Assembly: GCA_963785235.1 (NCBI GenBank)
Contig: CAWAUM010000001.1
Coordinates: 96,001 to 160,000 of the forward strand
Length of the DNA: 64,000 nucleotides
From: an uncultured delta proteobacterium
GTDB lineage: Bacteria > Desulfobacterota > Desulfomonilia > UBA1062
Direction: 5' to 3'
A model generated the notes under the pieces. That model searched no databases. It was not told where the DNA came from and saw only the letters and a list, made by a program, of their open reading frames with translations. A program made the translations under genes and the position numbers. Within the stretch, counting starts at the first letter, position 1. Each line of letters starts with the position of its first letter. Shown in pieces: positions 11,252 to 19,289 of the stretch.

Positions 11252-11286
11252 CAGGGCTTTCATGCCTGAACTGTTCTTTGACAACT
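11252..11286 (+). promoter_or_regulatory. Putative boxB-like hairpin plus boxA antitermination motif in the riboswitch leader
   Basis: CAGGGC-tttcat-GCCTG hairpin then TGTTCTTTGACAAC, close to the rrn boxA consensus TGCTCTTTAACA. Confidence 0.45.
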
Positions 11287-11430
11287 TATGAAAGAGCCAT
11301 GTGTGCTCTTTGGCTCCAGAGGCCACACATGGGTAAAAGAGTAACTTAAAGCAGCAAAAAGCGCCCTTCAAGAGAAACAAAGAGGGAAAACTTGAGCCAG
11401 GATCTCCTTGAGAGGTCCCTCGGGCACTCC

Positions 11431-11515
11431 TTCACAAGCCAAACCACAGGTAACTGTGGGACGGAAAGCCACGGGTCCATACCTAACGTAGGGTGGACAG
11501 CCGGGTCGCCTCCTT
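11431..11515 (+). ncRNA. GEMM-I (c-di-GMP-I) riboswitch aptamer 1; G at specificity position
   Basis: G(11438)-CC-AAA-CCACAG-GTAA-CTGTGG-GAC-GG-AAAGCC-ACGG-GTCCAT...GTGGAC-AGCCGGGTCGCC; GNRA-capped P2 and P3 as in Geobacter-type aptamers. P1 is not obvious. Confidence 0.92.
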
Positions 11516-11596
11516 CAGAACCACACCATGGGTAACCATGGGCCGGAAAGCCACGGGTCCGAAAAAGTGCTCGGACAGCCGGGTTGCCTGAAAAGG
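11512..11596 (+). ncRNA. GEMM-I riboswitch aptamer 2; A at specificity position (predicted c-AMP-GMP / GEMM-Ib type)
   Basis: TTCA-GA-A(11520)-CC-ACA-CCATGG-GTAA-CCATGG-GCC-GG-AAAGCC-ACGG-GTCCGA...TCGGAC-AGCCGGGTTGCC-TGAA; P1 TTCA/TGAA. Confidence 0.92.
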
Positions 11597-11611
11597 ATTC
11601 ACCAGCACAGC

Positions 11612-11690
11612 TACACCAGCCACACCATGGGTAACCATGGGCCGGAAAGCCACGGGTCCACACGGAGTGTGGACAGCCGGGTCGCCTGGA
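11612..11690 (+). ncRNA. GEMM-I riboswitch aptamer 3; G at specificity position
   Basis: CCA-G(11619)-CC-ACA-CCATGG-GTAA-CCATGG-GCC-GG-AAAGCC-ACGG-GTCCACAC-gga-GTGTGGAC-AGCCGGGTCGCC-TGG; ends 25 nt before the ATG. Confidence 0.92.
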
Positions 11691-11714
11691 GAACCTCATC
11701 AGAAAGGAGTTCCA

Positions 11715-12221
11715 ATGAATAGAACAAATCTACTTGCTGCCCTGTGTATGATCGCGATGCTCATACTACCGCAGGCAGGATTAGCCAAGATGGTGGCTTT
11801 GTCCGATGCCGATTTAAGCGAAGTCATCGGTCAGGCAGGTTTTGCTGAAGATACAACTACGACATTCAATTCGCATATTGACAACATGCCTACACAGTAC
11901 GGACTCTTGAATCTCAGCGACGTAACTATGCAGGGCTCCATTGTCAATAGGGCTCCCACGGCCACGATCACGAATACAGCCATGACCAATTTAGCTGTTC
12001 CTGGCTTCGTTCCTGGCTTCGCTATGCCGGGTCTCGGATTGATGGGTCTCGGGTCTATGGGTCTCGGCACACACCTGATCGATATGACCATCAACATCGA
12101 CAAATACACCATCGGCGCCATTCGCATAGGGAACGATACGACTGGACCGAGCTTGGGCGATTTCGCGATGTACGGATTTAAGGCAGATATCAAAGGGACA
12201 GTATCAATCACGGCGCATTGA
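11715..12221 (+). CDS. Secreted DUF6160/FilA-like protein
   Basis: AGGAG RBS, signal peptide, M.ALSD..LS.V.GQAG motif, C-terminal SLGDF...GTVSITAH. Family assigned from remembered motifs, not from a search. Confidence 0.75.
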   Translation: MNRTNLLAALCMIAMLILPQAGLAKMVALSDADLSEVIGQAGFAEDTTTTFNSHIDNMPTQYGLLNLSDVTMQGSIVNRAPTATITNTAMTNLAVPGFVPGFAMPGLGLMGLGSMGLGTHLIDMTINIDKYTIGAIRIGNDTTGPSLGDFAMYGFKADIKGTVSITAH

Positions 12222-12304
12222 AGCGCATGATGTTACTCTTTTACCTAATCTTTCCCTTGTAATCCCAAGGAGACTATCTTTTGAAAGATCTTCAAAGGTG
12301 GGCA

Positions 12305-13105
12305 CTATTGGCGGATGAGCCTTGCCCTGTCGATATCATCTGTGTCTTTCGGGTGAGAGCTCCTCAAGGGATTTATATCGATGCCGCCCCGCCTGGTATA
12401 AAAACACCTGACAGTTAACTTGTCCGGCTTGCATCTCTCCATAATATCTAAAAATATCTGCTCGCACACCTCTTCTGCAAATCCTTCGTGATCACGGTAG
12501 GAGCAGATATATTTCAGCAGCGCCTCGTGATCGATGGTCCTTCCCTGGTAGCATATGGCCACACTCCCCCAGTCCGGCTGGCCTGTGATAGGGCAGTTGG
12601 TCTTCAATAAATCCGAGTAGAGTTCCTCCTCAGATAAGCCTTGTGAGCATGAGAGCAGGGCAGGGTCCCTTTGGAAGGTAGTAATCTGAATATCCCGGTT
12701 GTCCAGGCAGGTGCCAGCCGGATGAGGCCGACAGGTCATCTCGGGGAAGCCAGCCTGTTCAATGATTCGCACCGAGATCCATTCGGTTGACAGGATATGC
12801 TCAAGGTCATGCCGGATGATTTCTTCAACCCCTTTGGCCGAATCGAAATTCTCGAATGAGAGGCCGCCTAAGTAGAGCTTGAGGGATTTCGACTCCACAA
12901 TGCATTTGCTTTCAACGGGATAGACGATCTCGAGGATACCTATCCTGGGTTTGCCTTTGCTGTTAAGCCAGGATAGCTCATAAGACCGCCAGAGGTCATA
13001 CCCGTAGAGCTTATACCCGCAGGGCTTTCTTGGTATGGGATAAAGCACTGAAGGATCATGACCCTTGGGGTGAGGGATTTTATTGCCAAGCGGCATTTGG
13101 TTCAT
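12305..13105 (-). CDS. queF: NADPH-dependent 7-cyano-7-deazaguanine (preQ0) reductase, bimodular type
   Basis: DLWRSYELSWLN.KGKP, IVESKSLKLYL, CPITGQPD, YTRRGGIDINP. Confidence 0.96.
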   Translation of the reverse strand: MNQMPLGNKIPHPKGHDPSVLYPIPRKPCGYKLYGYDLWRSYELSWLNSKGKPRIGILEIVYPVESKCIVESKSLKLYLGGLSFENFDSAKGVEEIIRHDLEHILSTEWISVRIIEQAGFPEMTCRPHPAGTCLDNRDIQITTFQRDPALLSCSQGLSEEELYSDLLKTNCPITGQPDWGSVAICYQGRTIDHEALLKYICSYRDHEGFAEEVCEQIFLDIMERCKPDKLTVRCFYTRRGGIDINPLRSSHPKDTDDIDRARLIRQ

Positions 13106-13764
13106 TCCAGGTACCTCGTTGGGTCAAGGCCCGCATCATATTCCAGGGCATATTTTCTTTCCAGGCAGGTTGCGCAGGCCCCGCAGTGAAGCTCCAAGCC
13201 TTTGTAACAGGACCAGGTCCGGGTGAAATCAAAGTCCAAATCACGGCCTATTCCGGCAATCTGTTTCTTATCAAATCCTGTAAAGGGGGCATCGACCTTC
13301 ACATTGGCAAAGGTGCCGAGTGTCGCAGCCTGTGACATGGCCTCGGTAAACTCCAAGGTACAGTCAGGATATATGGGATGGTCTCCTGAATGTGATGCAA
13401 TGAGCACAAGTGGGATTTGGCGGGTTTCGGCATAGCCGACAGCAACCGAGAGCATGATCCCGTTTCGGAATGGGACTACAGTGGATGATATGGAATCCGC
13501 TCTGTAAGGGCCGTCCGGGATCTCTTCTCCTGATTGTAACAGACTGGAAGAGAACAGGGTGTTGACAAACGGCAGTTCCACCTTTGTAAAGCGGGCACCG
13601 TATACTTCTGCAAGAAGTTGAGCCATGATGAGCTCTTTTGCAGCATGCTTTGAACCATAATCAAAGCTCAAGGCATGTAAATGGTTGAAGCGGGGCCTTG
13701 CCCAGGCCAGCATCACACCAGAGTCCATGCCGCCGGAGAGGAGTATTACCGCACTTTCCATCAT
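13102..13764 (-). CDS. queC: 7-cyano-7-deazaguanine synthase
   Basis: SGGMDS, VPFRNGIML, YPDC, TWSCY...HCGACATC. Confidence 0.96.
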   Translation of the reverse strand: MMESAVILLSGGMDSGVMLAWARPRFNHLHALSFDYGSKHAAKELIMAQLLAEVYGARFTKVELPFVNTLFSSSLLQSGEEIPDGPYRADSISSTVVPFRNGIMLSVAVGYAETRQIPLVLIASHSGDHPIYPDCTLEFTEAMSQAATLGTFANVKVDAPFTGFDKKQIAGIGRDLDFDFTRTWSCYKGLELHCGACATCLERKYALEYDAGLDPTRYLE

Positions 13765-14395
13765 ACCCCCCTTTTGTTGTCAAAGATCAGTACATGGAGT
13801 CTTGGGGACATGATGTAACCATTATCCCTGCAGAAGGAGAAGACCGGCTCCATCCTTTTAAACTGTTCGGCCCTGGTCATACCTTGGGGCATTATAAACA
13901 CACGATCCTTGGATATGGCATGGTCCTTCACGAACCGGTCGATCTCGCAAAGCCCTTCAGCATCTTCGGCCACAAATTTATAGTAGTGGGCCTTGGGGAT
14001 GTTTTCCAAAGGGAGATGCCATTTCCCCTCAATATATTTCGGACTCATGACAATAGTAGCATCTTCAAGTGCTGGGATATCAATCTTGCCGCTGGTCTCA
14101 TAAGACAGGCGGTATCCGGACCGGACCAGTTCTTCATGAAGGTCTTTAAGCCCTGTGGTCCACTGGAGAAAAGGCTCCCCTCCGGTGATGACGACATTCC
14201 TGCAGTCATATCGATTCATCTCTGCGAGATCTCGTTGATTCCCATCTCGCTGAATTCATGCCAGGTATACTCGGTGTCACACCATGGGCACAGGGGATCT
14301 ATGCATCCGCCCAGGCGTATGAAGACCGACGGAGAGCCGATAAAAGGCCCTTCGCCCTGGAGGGAATAAAAGATCTCAGTTACCACCAGCTTCAT
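13761..14395 (-). CDS. queE: 7-carboxy-7-deazaguanine synthase, radical SAM (frameshift near 14230)
   Basis: From ATG 14395: [41 protein letters not shown]; continues in another frame with [21 protein letters not shown]. Confidence 0.92.
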
Positions 14396-14756
14396 GTTAT
14401 GTTCTTCGTTGCCTCGTTTGTATGATTTTTATAATTAATGAACATTGTGTGCATGATTGGTTAAGTATACCGGGAGTCGTGGTTCGTCAAGGATGGGCGT
14501 GGTAACACTAAAATGTGTAATGGAAAACGGGAAGGATCCTATTGAAGAGATCTTTCCATAACTGCAGAATAGTCAGACTGAAACATTGGCATGTTCTGAA
14601 CGAGGAAGGGTTTTTCCATTGATGAAATGACAGCTAGAGGAAACTAACACTCAGGGAGTGCTCCATTGTTACGGCTGTTCTCAGATAACCATTCACATGG
14701 ATTGTATTTTCTGTTAGTACTACAGTAGTCTTTGAAAGTAAGGATAGGGAGATACT

Positions 14757-15440
14757 ATGAAGATCATTGAAGATGCACTGAAAAGAGGTGACAAGGCCCT
14801 CAACGAATACGAATCCAAGCGCCTCCTGGACGCATACTCCATCCCGGTGACCAAGGAGTTTGTTGCAACCAGCATCACGGAAGCCCTCTCGTTTGCCAAG
14901 CAGATCGGCTACCCGGTGGTGCTCAAAGGCTCTTCCCGTACGCTCACTCACAAGACCGAGCACAAGCTCATCGAGCTCGGCATTGATAGCGATCAGGCCC
15001 TCGAGAAGGCGTATGCAGCCCTCACAGAGCGCGGTATGGGCCAGCTCGACGGCATACTTGTCCAGCAGATGGTCAAGGGTGAGCGCGAGCTTGTGGCAGG
15101 TCTTATCCGCGATCCCCAGTTCGGCCCCTGCGTGATGTTCGGCCTTGGCGGAATCTTCACCGAGGTCTTGAAGGATGTCACCTTCAGGGTCGCCCCCCTA
15201 GAGATGCGCGACGCCCTGGAGATGATGGACGAGATCAGGGCCAGAAAGCTCCTGGACGCCTTCAGGGGCAAGCCTGCCGTGAACAGGGAAGTCCTGGCGC
15301 ATGCACTCATCAACCTTGGCAGGATAGGGCTTGAGGTTGAAGAGGTGGCCGAGATAGACATAAACCCCATGATCATCCACGATGACATGCCCATAGCCGT
15401 GGATGCTTTGGTGATACTGAGGAACCCCAAGGCATCATAG
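14757..15440 (+). CDS. ADP-forming acyl-CoA synthetase beta subunit (ATP-grasp)
   Basis: LNEYESKRLL..YSIP, IGYPVVLK, HKTE, DPQFGP.VMFGLGGIFTE, EIDINP; no alpha subunit adjacent. Confidence 0.9.
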   Translation: MKIIEDALKRGDKALNEYESKRLLDAYSIPVTKEFVATSITEALSFAKQIGYPVVLKGSSRTLTHKTEHKLIELGIDSDQALEKAYAALTERGMGQLDGILVQQMVKGERELVAGLIRDPQFGPCVMFGLGGIFTEVLKDVTFRVAPLEMRDALEMMDEIRARKLLDAFRGKPAVNREVLAHALINLGRIGLEVEEVAEIDINPMIIHDDMPIAVDALVILRNPKAS

Positions 15441-15444
15441 GGGA

Positions 15445-16397
15445 ATGCCGCTGTTTAAAAAGAACGCGCTCTTCATGGCGCCCATGGTGGACTTGAGCCA
15501 TGTGGCGTGCCTGGATCTCATACGATCATTCACCGGTTGCGACCTCCTCTATTCCGAGATGCTCAATGCCCGCATCGTGCCTTGTGAAAAGCCCGGGGTA
15601 TCGGTTTACCTGAAATGGAGCAGGCTTGACGACCTCATCTTCCAGATAGCAGGCAATGATCCTGAAAAGATGCAGGAGTCTGGGGCCAGGCTCGATGGTT
15701 TCGGGCCCTTTGGTGTGGATATCAACATGGGATGCTGGCTCAAGAAGGTAACCTGCCATGGATGGGGTGCAGGGCTCATGAAGGACCCCTCCTTGGCGCA
15801 CAGAGGTCAGTTACAGCGGTAAGGAAGGTGGTAAAGCATTCCCTGTCCGTCAAGATGAGGATCGGCCACAGCCCGGATGTAAAGGCCATGCTGGATTTCG
15901 CCGCCATGCTGGTGGAGTCCGGGGTCGACTTCATCGTTCTCCATGCCAGAACCGTAGAAGACGGCATGTCGCGCAGGGCAAAGTGGGAATATATCGGAGC
16001 GCTCAAGGATGCCCTTAAGATACCGGTGGTGGGAAACGGAGATGTGAGGTCTGCGCAGGATGCGATCGCAATGTTCCAACAGACAGGCTGCGACGGCGTG
16101 ATGATCGGCAGACAGGCACTTATCAGGCCCTGGATCTTCAGGGATATCAAGACGCTCCAAGCTGGTGCCATACAGCATAATCCACCGGCGCTCATGGATG
16201 TGATGCTTGAGCTGCACCGGCTCCTCTTGGTCCATTTCACCCCTGATGTGGCACTTAAAAGATTCAAGATCTCATTGTTCTGGCTTTCCCAGAATCTCAC
16301 CTTCGGCCACCACCTGTGTAAAAACGTGGGCAGGGAGAAGACCATGGACGGTGCCAGGGCATGTATTGAAAAGGCCTTCGAGCAGGGCATTACCTGA
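15445..16397 (+). CDS. tRNA-dihydrouridine synthase family protein (frameshift near 15800)
   Basis: MAPM, DINMGC, GAGLM in ORF 15445; SVKMRIG, LHART, VGNGDV, DGVMIGR in ORF 15732. Confidence 0.88.
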
Positions 16398-16493
16398 TCA
16401 AAGCTTGATATTTTCCCCAAAGCCTGTATATGTTTTTCTTCGGTATCTGCACCTTTTCCGGTACCTATTCTTCCCAATGCCAAGGAGTGATGC

Positions 16494-17699
16494 ATGAAAC
16501 AGATCGATCTGATGAAAGAACTCCATGTCCCTTCTGACAAGAAGATCCTCATGCTCGTTCTGGACGGCGTCGGAGGCCTGCCGAATGAGTACGGCAAAAC
16601 CGAACTGGAGGCCGCCCGCACCCCGAATATGGACAAGCTCTGCAAGGAGTCCATCTGCGGGCTCTCGACGCCGGTGGGTGTCGGCATCACCCCGGGCAGC
16701 GGACCCGGCCACCTTGGGCTGTTCGGCTATGATCCACTGGAGTACGCCATCGGCAGGGGTGTCCTGGAGGCCCTGGGCATCGGGCTGACGTTGACTCCCA
16801 AGAGCCTGGCTGCACGCGGCAACTTCTGCACCCTTGATCCGGCCAGCGGGGTAATCACCGACCGGAGGGCGGGCAGGATCGCTACCGAGAAGTGCGCAGA
16901 GCTCGTGAACAAGCTCAAGTCGATTACATTGGAAGGGGTCAAGGTTATTGTGGAGCCTGTCAAGGACTACCGGTTCGTGCTCATACTCGAAGGAGAAGGG
17001 CTGGAGGAGGGCTTAAGCGAGACAGACCCCCAGAAGACAGGCCTGAAACCGCTCAAAGTGGAGCCCCTTCACGCGGGTGCTAAGATGAGCGCGATGCTTC
17101 TGAATTCCTGGTTAGAAAAGGCCTTTGTCCTGCTTCGCGACGAGAAGCCTGCCAACGGGTGCACCCTGCGGGGTATTGCCAAGGATCCGGGTCTGCCATC
17201 CTACAAGGAGGTCTACGGGCTCAAGTCATGCGCCATTGCCACATACCCCATGTACAAAGGTCTTGCCCGTCTGGTGGGCATGGATGTACTGGATGCAGGC
17301 GAGACACTGGCCAGCGAGGTTGCGACATTGAAGGACTCATGGGGAAAGTACGACTTCTTTTTCTTCCACGTGAAGAAGACCGATTCGGCAGGCGAAGACG
17401 GCAACTTCGATGCCAAGGTGAAGGTCATCGAGGAGGTGGACAGCCTCATGCCCGAGATTATGTCCCTGATGCCGGATGTCGTTCTCATATCCGGCGACCA
17501 TTCCACCCCGGCTGCCTTAAAGTCGCACTCCTGGCATGAGCTGCCCGTGCTTCTGTATGCGAACAACATACGCAAAGACGCGGTGGTGGAGTTTGGTGAG
17601 CGCCCATGCATGGCAGGCGGCCTCGGGCATATACGCCATGTGGACCTTATGCCCTTGGCACTGGCACACGCCGACAGGCTCACCAAGTATGGTGCCTAA
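16494..17699 (+). CDS. apgM: 2,3-bisphosphoglycerate-independent phosphoglycerate mutase (ApgM type)
   Basis: LVLDGVGG, TPNMD, PGSGPGHL, DRRAGRI, HVKKTD.AGEDG, GDHSTP, HSW. Confidence 0.94.
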   Translation: MKQIDLMKELHVPSDKKILMLVLDGVGGLPNEYGKTELEAARTPNMDKLCKESICGLSTPVGVGITPGSGPGHLGLFGYDPLEYAIGRGVLEALGIGLTLTPKSLAARGNFCTLDPASGVITDRRAGRIATEKCAELVNKLKSITLEGVKVIVEPVKDYRFVLILEGEGLEEGLSETDPQKTGLKPLKVEPLHAGAKMSAMLLNSWLEKAFVLLRDEKPANGCTLRGIAKDPGLPSYKEVYGLKSCAIATYPMYKGLARLVGMDVLDAGETLASEVATLKDSWGKYDFFFFHVKKTDSAGEDGNFDAKVKVIEEVDSLMPEIMSLMPDVVLISGDHSTPAALKSHSWHELPVLLYANNIRKDAVVEFGERPCMAGGLGHIRHVDLMPLALAHADRLTKYGA

Positions 17700-17715
17700 A
17701 AGGAGGGTGCATTCT

Positions 17716-18822
17716 TTGAAAGCAAAGATCAAGGTCGCCATTATCTTCGGTGGTGTGTCCACTGAGCACGATGTCTCCATAGTTTCAGCGGACTCCATTG
17801 CCCGCAGCATTGATACGAACCGGTTCGATCCGGTCTATGTCGGCATAGACAAGGCCGGCAGGTGGCTTCTGGGGAAAGGGGCCTTTGACAGCCTGAGGAG
17901 CGGCAAGATTACCAATGCAGAGCCGGTCATCCCCTGTACGGACCCTGATAAGAAAGGTTTCTTTCATATGGGTTCCGGCAAGGTTACCCCAGTAGACGCC
18001 GTGTTCCCGGTGCTCCACGGCCCTAGGGGCGAAGACGGCACCATCCAGGGGCTTTTCGAGCTTGCCGGGATCGCCTGTGTAGGATGCGACACCATGGCAT
18101 CTGCCATTGCCATGGACAAGGACATGACCAAGCGCGTTCTGGCACAGCATGGCATCCCGGTAGTGAAAGGTACATGTGTATCCAGGTGGATGTGGGATAC
18201 CGACCGGGAAGAGGTTCTCAAGGAGATAAAGGAAACGCTGCAATTCCCTGTGTTCATCAAACCCGCCACCATGGGATCGAGCATCGGTATAAGCAAGGCT
18301 GTTGATATGGATGGTGTCATCAAGGCATTGGAATATGCATTGAGCTTTTCCACCAAGGCAGTCGTGGAACTGGCCGTGGAAAGACCGCTTGAAGTCGAGG
18401 TGGGGGTCCTCGGCAACAACGAGCCCCAGGCATCCGTCCCGGGCCAGGTTGTCCCCAGCAATGAGTTCTATGACTTCAATGCCAAGTATGTGGATGGCGC
18501 AAGCGAGCTCATCATCCCTGCAAAGATCGGCAAGGCAATGAGCGAGGAAATTCAGTTCGCGGCCGTGGATGCCTTTGTGGCCATCGGCGGTTCAGGCATG
18601 GCACGCATCGATTTCCTCGTATCACACGATACCTTCTATCTCAATGAGATCAACACCATCCCCGGGTTCACCAGCATCTCCATGTACCCCAAGCTCTGGG
18701 AGGCAACAGGTATCCCATACACTACCCTGATCACAAAGCTCTTCGAACTGGCGCTCAAGCGCCATGAAATGAACCAATCCCTCACCAAGACCATTGTGCT
18801 GGAAAAGGGGCTGGGGGTGTGA
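17716..18822 (+). CDS. ddl: D-alanine--D-alanine ligase
   Basis: TTG start after AGGAGG; FGGVSTEHDVS, LHGPRGEDGTIQG, MGSSIG, FYDFNAKY, NEINTIPGFT. Confidence 0.96.
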   Translation: MKAKIKVAIIFGGVSTEHDVSIVSADSIARSIDTNRFDPVYVGIDKAGRWLLGKGAFDSLRSGKITNAEPVIPCTDPDKKGFFHMGSGKVTPVDAVFPVLHGPRGEDGTIQGLFELAGIACVGCDTMASAIAMDKDMTKRVLAQHGIPVVKGTCVSRWMWDTDREEVLKEIKETLQFPVFIKPATMGSSIGISKAVDMDGVIKALEYALSFSTKAVVELAVERPLEVEVGVLGNNEPQASVPGQVVPSNEFYDFNAKYVDGASELIIPAKIGKAMSEEIQFAAVDAFVAIGGSGMARIDFLVSHDTFYLNEINTIPGFTSISMYPKLWEATGIPYTTLITKLFELALKRHEMNQSLTKTIVLEKGLGV

Positions 18823-18911
18823 GTGTCAAAGAAGCTTAAGATGTAAATGAGAAAAATTAAGATACCAATGCAGTGCAATTTGAATCAAAACCTTTTCACT
18901 GACTGATATCC

Positions 18912-18940
18912 ATGTGCCGGGACAAGCTGCCCCGGCGCAT
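18912..18940. terminator. Stem-loop between convergent genes
   Basis: ATGTGCCGGG-n9-CCCGGCGCAT. Confidence 0.5.
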
Positions 18941-18950
18941 TAATGCATGA

Positions 18951-19289
18951 TTAATAATGGAGCTTATTAAGAGGTATGCTCAGATTGAGCCCGTACACAT
19001 GCTCTTTCTGCCCTGATGGGGTGGTGTAAGACGAGAACATGGGCCGGATCTCGTAAAGGCCGAAGGCAACCCCGCAGATGACGCCAATCGCAGCGCCCTG
19101 ATAGACGCGCTCCCAATGGTCGCCAGGGTGGTCCATGAAGGCCAGTGTAGCGCCGCCCACCAGCCCACCAATACCTGCACCCCAGAGGGAATCCACGAGG
19201 ACAACCTCAAGGGTGGCTGCGGCTTGGGACTGAGCTGGCAGTGTAAAAAATGCAAGACACAATGAAATAATAATCAAGCCCTTCTTCAT
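18951..19289 (-). CDS. Small exported glycine-zipper membrane protein
   Basis: Signal peptide, GAGIGGLVGGA and GAAIGVICGVAFG helices; overlaps the glpC stop by 4 nt. Confidence 0.7.
   Translation of the reverse strand: MKKGLIIISLCLAFFTLPAQSQAAATLEVVLVDSLWGAGIGGLVGGATLAFMDHPGDHWERVYQGAAIGVICGVAFGLYEIRPMFSSYTTPSGQKEHVYGLNLSIPLNKLHY

Noticed and set aside
11431-11690. Three direct repeats with variable inserts, superficially like a mini CRISPR array
   Set aside because: The variable parts are self-complementary P3 stems, the repeats match the GEMM-I fold, spacing is irregular and no cas genes are present.
11346-11722. ORFs 11346-11699 (-), 11528-11722 (+) and the 11637 extension of the downstream gene
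   Set aside because: They are translations of the riboswitch repeats; the real start is ATG 11715 with an AGGAG RBS and signal peptide.
12305-14395. queE-queC-queF as a 7-deazaguanine DNA-modification (Dpd) defence island
   Set aside because: QueF directs preQ0 to tRNA queuosine, and no dpdA/tgt-like or other dpd genes are nearby.
15776-16690. Long antisense ORFs (also 33414-34448, 51558-52409, 52163-53014, 3365-4171)
   Set aside because: They lie opposite well-supported genes, lack recognisable motifs and are expected shadows of GC-rich codon usage.
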